DNA of 64,000 nucleotides from Vicugna vicugna (taxonomy: Eukaryota). Under the pieces are notes generated by a model. It was given only the letters and a program-made list of their open reading frames with translations. It did no database searches and had not been told where the DNA came from. The stretch lies in the NCBI GenBank assembly GCA_013265495.1, contig MU058213.1, forward strand, positions 5,849,149 to 5,913,148, given 5' to 3'. The first letter of the stretch is position 1, and each line of letters begins with the position of its first letter. A program made the position numbers and the translations under genes. Of this stretch, positions 25,546 through 36,037 are shown one piece after another.

Positions 25546-27376
25546 ACCTAGCATATTATATATTTGCTTACTTGGTTTATTGTTTGTCTTTAGAATACAA
25601 ACTTTATGAAATCATATACCATGTATTTTATTCACTGCTGAGTCTGCAGTTTCTCTAACACATCTCGTACATAGTAGTACATGAAAGGCATCCAAATGAA
25701 TTAATTGAATGAAATATTAATGTAGAGATCCTGCCCATGAAAATTTGAACTTTTTATTCATTGCTAGTCTATAGAACAATTGATTTTTGTATACTGATCT
25801 TGTATTTATTATTCTAGTTGTATTTTTATGGATTCCTTAGGATTGAAAATTCAGTTCTGTGGGAAGAATGAAGTTGAGTCACTAAAGAATATTACTGTAA
25901 ACAGTGAAGGTGTTCCAAAAAATAATGAAAATCTAAAGGGATTGTGCCCTCAGATTTCTTCTTAAGGGTCTAAGTTTTCATTTTAAAGAAATAAAAACTG
26001 GAAGGCATGCTGTTCTGTTCATTTACATAGAATCATGGCCAAAATATCCACTGTCAAAGAAAAGGCCTTATTTGACTCTGCATCAAAAGATTAACAAGTG
26101 GGAAAAAAAAAAAAGATTGACAAGTGAATACATTTGTGTGTTTTAAGTTAACATGAAATGTTTAAATTATGTAATAACATTTTCCACAATTCCCTGCTTT
26201 TACTTATTCAGTTAACTGATCTTTAGGCAACCATCAGTCCCACTTGCATGGTTAAGGGGCTTTTATTATGCTAGACTTTTGCAGGAACAAAGAAAATAAA
26301 TTACAGCCTAAAGCAGTTGTTCTCAAACTTTGCTGTGTGGTAGTGGGATGAAAACTTAGACAACTGAGAAACAACTTGAGCTTGCAATTCTTTCAGCTTT
26401 TTAAAAAGCTCCCAGTTTGAGAACCACTGTCCTTAGTATTAGTTGTACAGATCTCTCAATTCTTGTGGTGTTCAAAGACTAGGTATTTAAGAAGATCATT
26501 TGGATGTGGAAAGAAAACATTGGTCCTCTTATTTTTTATATTATTGTATAAATTTGTATTAATTAATATATTAATTAAGTACATGTAAGTAACTTAAAAA
26601 TAAATATATTTTAGGGATGAGAGGAGAATCAAAATAAATTCTTTAGACAGTAGAAATCTATTTTTCTTCAATACTCAAAGCAAAGTATAATGGAGGGAAA
26701 ATAGAGATACTCAATTTTATTTTCCTATAGCTTAAAACTTAAAAAAAAATTTTAATTAAAGTATACTCTGTTATAATGTATCAATTTCTGTAGCTTAAAA
26801 CCTTGAATTTACTTTTCTACTGTACCTCCACAAAGAGTAAGTAGGAATCTTTCCCTGTTAATATATATTAGCTTTTCTTCAGGAAAATAATGTTAGTTAT
26901 GTCTACTCATATCTTCACTATACTTTGCTAGAAACTGCATAATAAATAAAATGGGAAAACCCTGTTAATTCCATAAATTAACATCTTTATATTTGCCTTG
27001 CTTTAAATGCAAAATATTTATTTTTAATAAAAAAAAGATTTTCTGAATTTTATTTCTGAAGTAGTTGACTTTTTATTTTAATCACTTAAGTGCCTCTTTA
27101 CAATCTAAGAAATAGAGTTGCATATGATAATTCCATTTTATTATTTTTTGCATAATGGAAATGCAGCTAAGCAATATTTTTCATGATACGTTCTAGTGAG
27201 CTATAAACAAAATCAGAAACTATTGGGTGTTGACTTTAGTGCTGATTTTCTTTTTTCATATGTAATACTTTCATATTTAGTATTGTATTAGAATAAAACC
27301 CTAAAGAGTGATATAGATTTCTTTGCTATTGTTTTTAATTTTATCATGATTAGTGAGACAGTCATTTGTTTTCTAG

Positions 27377-27479
27377 ATTGATGACATTGTAAAAGCTGTT
27401 GGTAACTGCAGCTACAACCAACTAGTGGAGAAGATCATCTCTTGTAAGCAGTCAGACAATAGTGAGCTGGTTAGTGAAG
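27377..27479 (+). CDS. MINDY2: MINDY2 coding exon 5, IDDIVKAVGNCSYNQLVEKIISCKQSDNSELVSE-G
   Basis: Acceptor tttgttttctag, donor AAG|gtgggt, 103 nt, phase 0 to 1, SYNQL motif. Confidence 0.95.
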
Positions 27480-30079
27480 GTGGGTGAGTGCTGCTATTAC
27501 CTGACTTATTCTTGGCAAAATAACGTCTTATAATTTAATATCTTTTAAATGTCTTAAATAAGACTTCTAAAAAATGAAAGTGATGCTACTTGTGGGAATT
27601 AAAAGAAGTAATTATTCATAAAGCTGCCAGTGAAAGGTTTTTCTTAGAACCCTTTCACTTGATTTGTAAAATCAGGCCTGAGTTCTAATAAAAGTCTTTG
27701 GAATCACTTGTTATCTTTGCTATGATCAGTTACCCAAGAGTTACTGATAATTACTCTTTTTTAAAAAGGATTATTATTTGGGAGTACTGAGTGAGCTTTA
27801 TAACTCATCCTGAACACTTAAGTTGACTGTGATGTGTATTATAGTACTCAAGTGTTCATTTTAGTAGAGCTCTGCCTTAGATTTCAGTACAGTATAGTAC
27901 ATCAAAGCTCTGTTCTGGGTCAGAGTACTCCTCTGATCATTAATTTCCCTAATCCTTACCTAATGAAGGATTGCTAAATTCATCAACATAGAAGCAGTTT
28001 CTTTCTTTCTTTTTTTTTAATTAAAAGCTGTGTTCCAGTCAGTAAAGGGAAGAGCAGATTTGAAACCAGAATGCTATCAGGAGTCATAGCATTTGGGTAT
28101 AACTTCCCCAACACCAAGTTCACTTTTTTGTTAATATGCACAAATACTGGGCTGCTATTCTCCTTGGTTTGAAAGGTTAACAAAAGAAAGAAATCATGAG
28201 AAGCAGGCGATTAGCTTCATTCTGTCTCTGACACACGTTCTTTTACGTGAGGTATAATAGAAGTTGATTATAGTCACCACGTTTAAAAAAAAATAAAGCG
28301 AAGTGACTACAAGAGTACATAAAAATGTATAAAAAGAAGATGTGAACATGAATCTCATACTCTGATTAATTAATCAGAGCTGAACTAATTATATTACTCA
28401 ATTATCCAGAAGTTTTTGTGCAAGAGGCAAGTAGCAAGAAAATACAGTATTTTAGTTAAGGCTCATCCAAGTCTTTTACTTGCAATAAACACAAATATAC
28501 AGGGATATTGATCATTGATTTGTGACACCTCTTTCACTACAACCTAAAGCAACAAGAAGTCTTCCTTCAACTAACAAAACTCCACTCACTAGAACTTTAC
28601 ATTTCTTACTCAAGCTCTCTTTACTGTAAATATTCCTAGAAAGCAAGCTATAAAAAATTTCCATCTGTGGATTCCTGCTTTCTTAGTAATTTCCAATATG
28701 CTATTCGGTAGTAATAGAGGGAACAACAGGACCCAGAAAGTGTTAACAGATGGAATGATAGCCAATAAGTGATATCTGGGTGAATATATTTATAAGGCGT
28801 GAAGCTGTAGGAAACACTATTAATAGCATTTTTCCCGAGCCAGAGTTCTTCCCAAGCCAGGACTCAGTACCCCAATGAAATGAACAATAACAAAACAGCA
28901 GTTCTTTCATTACTTCTCCTTTTGCTCAACCTGGTGTTACAACAATTATTATTATTTCTCTGACATTGATTCCCTATAGTAACAAAAAACTATAGCTAAT
29001 TTGTATAGTTTTGATATCTTGAGAAGAATATCTTGGTAAAAGCAAGGAAGGAATCTTCCTCTTTAGTGGTATAAAATTTTCAGGTAGTATGTACCAAAAT
29101 TGATTAATTACCTGATACATAAATTTTGTAATGGAAATTCTGCTTATTAGATTTCCATATCAAGGAAAATTATATGTGGAATTCAGTACAATTAAAAAAG
29201 CTAAACTAGTTTTTTGTTTATAAGAAACTACAAATATGTAGTCTATTTGACATAATTATTCAATCCCAATGGCTACTTTTATAAAGCACTATGAAATCAT
29301 ATAGGAAATAAAAGGCCACAATGGACATTTTTAGTTATATAATGTAGCAATTAGTTTTTTTCCATTTTCTTCGTCATATTATCTTAGGTATATTGTTCAA
29401 AGAAGTAGTCTACTTTTTTTTTTTTCTATTTACCCTACAACTGTAACTTTCCTTCTGAATCAGCAAAATATCCAAAAGTGGTTTATTTCTAATCCTTCTT
29501 TATTAAAAATTATCAAACTTAGTTCTTAGATAATAACTACTTTTTTTAATTCAAATATTTCATCTCCCTAAGGTGTAGAATACAAGAAATAATTTTTACT
29601 GTCATTCTTTTTTGATGAAAAAGAAATATTATTTAGCTAACAGTCAAATAGAATTAGATACTCTTTCAATTTCTTTCAGATAATACTCATTTTCTTTGGA
29701 TGGCAGTACCTTGTAAGCAAAAGTACAGAAATTTTACATGTACACAGAATACTTATTATTTGCTGCCTCTTCTGGATGTTACGACTTTTTTGAATCAAGT
29801 TGTAATGGCATGGCAGCAAAAAACAACAAGGAGAAAAATAGCACAGTAGCAGTTGCCAGACTTCACCAAAGCTGGTCATTTAATTCCAGATGCTCTTTCA
29901 GTAGTTTCTTCTTTAACAATTGTTTCTAGGTTAAAAAAAAAAAATTGATGCTTAAGGAAATTATTCCAGATATTCACTTACTCAGATATTTATTGAGCCT
30001 TTATTATGTGCCATAAACACTGAAGATTATAGCTTGAGTTCATATTATTTTTGATTAAATAATGTTGATTTTGTTTTTC

Positions 30080-30850
30080 TTTCTCTTTTATTTTGCAAAA
30101 TCTCAAACCCATAAAGTTGAAATAGCACAATGAATGCACATAAATCCACTTCATCTAAATTCACCAATTATTAACATTCTGAATTTTTGTTTTTTAACTT
30201 CACACACACAGTTTTTTCCTAAATCATATAACAGTTAGTTGCACATATTATAGCACTTTATCCATTAACTCTTCAATATTTGTCTCCTAAGAACAAAGAA
30301 TTTTTCTATATAATCACAATGCACTTATTTCAGGAAATTTAGCAATGACACAATACTATTATATAACATACTGTTCACATTCAAAATTCCCCGGTTTCCC
30401 GGTAATGCTCTTTATAGTTTTTAAGTTTTTCAGTGTAGGCTCCAATCAAGGATCATTTAATTGTCGTATTAATTTAGTCTTCTATAATCTGGAACAAATC
30501 CCTAACCTTTTTTCTTTTCTTTTTTTCTTTTTAGTCTTTTGTGGTGTTTACTTTTCTTAATAGTCCAGGCCAGTTGTTTGTCAGAATAGTCCTCAATTTG
30601 GATTCATCTGATTGTTACCTCATGATAACAGAGATAGCATGATAGTAGATTTGGATTATATATTTTTGGTGGGAATACTATATATGTGACATTGTATCTT
30701 TTCTAGTGCAGCAAATCTTAGGTGGCCCATGACATCTGATAATCCCATTTTTGATGATGTTCAAATATGTTTAAAATGATATTTACTAGATTTTTTTTTG
30801 TTGGAAAGATGCCCTTTGCCATTTTTAATTAATGAGTAATCTCTGATATT
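30080..30850 (-). mobile_element. L1MC4/5-like 3' UTR fragment
   Basis: attcaccaattattaacatt...tctcctaagaacaa...tccaatcaaggatc...gtccaggccagttgttt. Confidence 0.6.
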
Positions 30851-31953
30851 GTGCTTTGAAACTCCATAATTTGTTTAATTGGTTGTGAAAAGTTGAAACT
30901 AGGTTTTTTAATATTACACTAAAATCACGGGGTGGCATTGCTTAAGAGTTAGTAAAAGAATTAAGAAACATTTTTCTTTGTAAGTGTAAATTAGGGCTAT
31001 GGTTTACAGGTTGGGGGGAAATAAAGTTGAGTTTGCATTTATAATAATCAGCACTAAATTTTTTAAGTTAATACTAGTATTTCTCCTGGGTTTCAGTCTT
31101 AACTTTGCCATAACTAGTCTTATGTTCTTAAGCACATCGCTTATTCTCTCTGACACCATGCCCTACTCTAATGAATGAAGTAGCTGAGAAAGACCTTTCT
31201 AGTATTGAATTGTTGAATTTCATACAGAAAAGCAATGTTGTACTATATCTGCACTGAATTTTTGTGTCTTTCTTTGGAGAGATGTTGTGTGAGCGAGGCC
31301 TGGGAGGGGAATTTAGAAACATCTTTCTGAAGGAAGTATTTAGTTAAATGGAATCTTACAGGCAGCAGTGGTACTTCTCAGCATAGTCATAATGCTTTTT
31401 AAATGCTATATAATATTTAAGTGCTTTAGTATGTAGCTAATATGTTCTCAATAACTTAGTACTTATCAAAGTAATGATAGTAATCAAGGTGAGGGGGTCT
31501 TAATTCTAGATATATAAAACCAAGAAGCTGAAAATGTGCTATAAATTTCCTTTGGCTGTGACCTTCTGTATAATTATTTGCACCTCCTCTGCTCCCTTTG
31601 AATAATTCCTTGGAATAGTGTGCTATATCACTAACTTTTTACAGCCACTTTGCTCCTTTAAGTGTCAAGAGCTGTGACTTGATACCAAAAGTGAGGGATG
31701 ATGAGGAAGTGGAATAAACCTATATTATGCAGCTGCCTCTGGTCCTGCCAAGTTTATTTTCAGTTTCTTGCTGAGGTATTAGTTTCTTAACATGGGTTCT
31801 TCTTTACTCCCTATATCTGCACCTCCTTGCTCACCTGTAGAACTTTTTACAGCATTCTTTTACCCCCTATTCTTTATTAAAGGAAGGGAACAAAAGAAGG
31901 AAGGAAGAGGAAGAAGGAGAGAAGAGAAGTGCAAGCTTTTAAAATATTTATGT

Positions 31954-32554
31954 AATTGGTTATCATTATTACTGGTAGTTATGTTCTATACAGTTGCTGT
32001 GACCCACACAAGATTAGGTTCCTGTGAGCCTCTGGTCACAAGATTTTCATCAGCTGATCAATATATAACCTTGTTTAATGTATGTTTCTGTTTAGAGACA
32101 CCTTACTTCATTTATAATATTGATTCATTAACATTAAACTTATAGCCCTCAGTCCTGTAACTCATGCCTGACTGAAGCTGCAAAAGTATGTATTTTGTTC
32201 ATAAGGCACATCACAACCTTTGTGCACTTAGGAACACTAGCTTCAGCATTATGCTCGGGGTCTATTTTACACAGTGAAAATACCCACCAAAGCACAAAAA
32301 TCTTAAAAATTTGGCATTAAATAGACCATGAAAACGACATTTATTCACAATATGAGAACTGAAACAAGAAGGCAGAGTGTTTCCTTGTTTGACTTCAGTG
32401 GAGAATGTGCGTGTTGGGTGACGACTTTTTTGCTGCTTTGCACATACCCAGGAATAATCCTGAAAGTGGAACAAGTATTGATTTTGGAGTCATAAGTTTT
32501 AGCTAGTAGGCAGATTTGCAGATATGAACTCGCATGAATAATGACGATCAACTG
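31954..32554 (-). mobile_element. MER82 (TcMar-Tigger) DNA transposon
   Basis: attaggttcctgtgagcctctggtcaca...tgaaacaagaaggcagagtg...aataatgacgatcaactg followed by TA. Confidence 0.8.
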
Positions 32555-33240
32555 TATATATATGTTTTAAATTAAACACCAGAAAACTTTATTTCATTAT
32601 GTTTCTAAAACAAAAGATAATTTCTGTTTCTGAACTTGATATATCAACATAATGAGTGGCAAATGTTAGAGGAGATTAGGGTAAAAATGTCATCAGTTAT
32701 CCCACTGTTTTGAGTCTTACACCTACTTTTAATTTTAAGGCAAGAATTGAGCAATTTGTGAATTGAGGATTATCTGGAGTCTTTGTAAAAATCTTAAGCA
32801 ACTAAATTTCTTCAGGCTACTTTCAGTTTCTAAACACCTATCTGTTGGGGAAGTGGCTGTTCACGTACATTTGTTCCTACCCACTTTTTAAGTTTCTCAC
32901 TCATGCCTTTTTGTTTTAATGGATTTTAGTTTTATTGTGTCTGTGTCTTTTATTGCAAGTCACATGAAATCTTCTTTGGAAATAGGTGTGGTATAAATAA
33001 ATACATTTATTGATTAAAAAGAATTTCATATAATTGTTTCTTTAGGATGTAAATATCTACAGACATATCTTCCATAGCTGAATTAGAAAGAAGAATCTCA
33101 AATTTAGGGCCATCATTTTATATAGTAGGAAGAGTCTTGTTTTGATTGGCCTTTCTTCATACTTGAAACACAATGTAAATAGAAAAACTTTTTAATTTTG
33201 AAATTATTCTTTTATCTAATATTATGCATTGGTTCCATAG

Positions 33241-33383
33241 GCTTTGTAGCTGAGCAGTTTCTAAATAACACAGCCACTCAACTGACATACCATGGATTAT
33301 GTGAACTAACTTCAACGGTTCAGGAAGGAGAACTTTGTGTGTTCTTTCGGAATAATCATTTTAGCACCATGACCAAATACAAG
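33241..33383 (+). CDS. MINDY2: MINDY2 coding exon 6, (G)FVAEQFLNNTATQLTYHGLCELTSTVQEGELCVFFRNNHFSTMTKYK; contains the catalytic His
   Basis: Acceptor ttggttccatag, donor AAG|gtatga, 143 nt. FFRNNHFST is the MINDY catalytic His motif. Overlaps ORF 33198..33389. Confidence 0.97.
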
Positions 33384-34266
33384 GTATGATACAGAAATAG
33401 CTATTGTCTAAACTAAATGAATTTGACTTAGAGATGTCTTATGATCTGCTTAAAAATAGAAAATATTACCATAATATTCTTTAACCATCAAATTATAAAG
33501 GTAATTATCAAATAATTCTTGAGAATGGAATGGGTTAACAATTTGTTACTTCAAGTCACTTTTTCTTTTTGTTTGTCTCAACTCCTTTTTCACAGATTAC
33601 TTCATTTAAACATAGTTATTATTTTCCTTCTAAGAAAAAAAAAGATAAACCCTAGAGAGAGAATCAGGGTGACTGCTAATGAAGAATGTTTATATTTGAG
33701 AGCTGAAGGAGTTTAGAGGAAAGAATCAAAATTTGTCTTTCTGATAGTGTTTTCCATTATTAAAGTTGTGACTTTAAATTCTTTTTATCATGCTGTTTAT
33801 GGCTCTGCCAAAAAATCTTACTAATTCATCATTTTGTTATCTCTTCAATCCTTCTGTTTTTATAGCTACCACCTAATTCAGAAGTTTATCAACTTATCCC
33901 TGGTATTCTGTGGTAGAATACTGCTCTGATCATATCAATAACATAGCAAAAATGTTTAGGAGCACCCAGTGCCTAAAGAATAAAAATGTATTTTTTACTA
34001 TTAAATACATTTTTACTAGTATTTGCTACTGTCCCGCTGTGCCAACACTTTGCTTCAGCTATAATGGTCTGTTTCCTTATTAATAATCCTTAATCCCTGT
34101 ACACACTTTATATTTTTCCATTTCTGCTCCTTTACTGCCATTTCTTATTCCTTAATCCCTGTGTGTGAATTCTCACTCCTTTTTGCCTATCCAAATTTCA
34201 CCTGTCTTTTAAGAAGCATTTCAAATTGCTAACTCTTCAGTAAAGCTACTCTTTCTCTCCTTAAAC

Positions 34267-34448
34267 CAGTGGTTCTCAACCCAGATTGTATGCTACAAGT
34301 ACCTGGGGAGTTCTTAAAAAAAAATACCAATGCCCAGAGCCCACAACCAACTGAATTAAATTGGAATCTCTGGTGGTGGGACCTGAGCATCAATATTTTA
34401 AAATGCTCCCCGGGTGATTTTAATATGCAGCTAAGGCTGAGGATCCCT
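34267..34448. mobile_element. MER5A/B hAT element
   Basis: cagtggttctcaac...cctgggga...gaatctctgg...ctccccgggtgattttaatatgcagc. Confidence 0.8.
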
Positions 34449-34847
34449 TAGTTGTTATGGGCCACATCATCCTTACTTTGCCCTTGCTGGTGAGTATCTA
34501 GTTAACAATTTTCTTTCTAGGTAAATATGTTTTATTTTTCTAAATGAAAGTAAACTTATTGAAGTCATATTTCCTTCAACATTTTAATCAGTGAAGTGTG
34601 CAAAGTGGTGTAAAATAATGATTTGTTTGCTCATAAAAAAATACTCTAAAGCCCTAGCCCTCCTGCTTCCCTGTTGGTTATAGCAAGGTTTTATTTGTAT
34701 TGTTCCCATAATTAAGCTAAACATGTACTAGGTATGGGCCCAGAGTTATCCATACTCCTTGGAAATCTAAGGCCAAAGAACCTCAAAATCAGAATTATCG
34801 TTACATAGAAAGTCATCTTGCTTTACCTGATCTCCTCAAGTCCACAC

Positions 34848-36030
34848 TTCATTCATTCATTTAACAAATATCTCTTGAGCATGATTATGTCAGGGTGCTC
34901 AGCTAAGTACTAGGACTGCAGCCTGAGCAAGGCATCTATGATTCTTGCCATTTAAGGACCTCCTAGTTTGGCATAGGACAGGTGTTACATAATTGCAGAA
35001 GTACTTATTATTTCTACTGAGATAACACTCTGTAAAGGGTACATACAACATGCTTTGAGTGCTTTTATTAAGATGTAACATACCTGGGGATATCAGGAAA
35101 GATATCCTTGAGAAGGTAACATATAAATTGAGACCTAAAAAATAAATCTTCTTGGAGCTTATCAGTTAGCAAAAAAAAAAGGAGAAGGGGAGGGAGAAAG
35201 AAAAAAGGTTAACTAAGCAGATGGTGGAACATGTGTGCAAAGGCTCTGAGGAAGGAAAGAACCTAACTTTGTAAGAAATTAAAAGAAGGCTTATGTGACT
35301 AAAGTATAGAAAATAAGAGGCATGATGTGAGGCTCAAGAGATGGGCAAGTGCTAGATCTTGTAGAGTCCTGAGTTAAGAGGAGAAATAGATCTTGGTCTT
35401 CTGATGGCCTAGTGGTTCTTTTTGTTCTTTCTCTCTCTCTCCTTCTCTCTCTCTTCCTCTGTTTTCTCACCAGTGGTGAAATAGTTCAACTGGGAAAACA
35501 AGGTCTCTAGGTGTCATTGGTGGTGGTTTTACAACCTCCCAAAATTGAGCTCTAGATGTTCCCTTTTTTATCAAGACCACATGCCTGAACAGGAATTTCT
35601 TTGCTAGTCATCTGTGTATTCCTAGTCTTCCTCTGTGGTTGGGAAGGGTGAGCCTGTCCTGGAGTACTTTCTACATTGGGTCTATTTCTGGACTAAGTAT
35701 GCATTTCTGTGAGATAATGATAGCTCAGAGAATGTGTGCATTTTTTCTACTTCTCTGCTTCTAAGTTTTTCTTAGTAAACCTTATCCTATGACTTAACAG
35801 TGTATCACTACTGATGTATGTCTCCCTGCTCTTTGTATAACAGTAAGGTGCTTTAAACTTTGAGACAAGGGTGGATGTTGATTTAGTTAGGAGACTACTG
35901 CAGGAGGCCAAGTAGGAGACTGTGGTGACTTGAACTCCATGATAAAGAAATGGAGAGTAGAGAGATTCTGTAGACATTTAGGAGATGTAATCAACCAGAC
36001 TTGGTGATTAAGGTGTGAAAAATAAGAAGG
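34848..36030 (-). mobile_element. L2 (3' end at 34848), interrupted at about 35380-35850; it resumes after the L1 at about 39435-40125
   Basis: ttcattcattcatttaacaaatat...tgtgcaaaggctctgagg...ttagttaggagactactgcag. Confidence 0.65.
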
Positions 36031-36037
36031 AGGGTGG

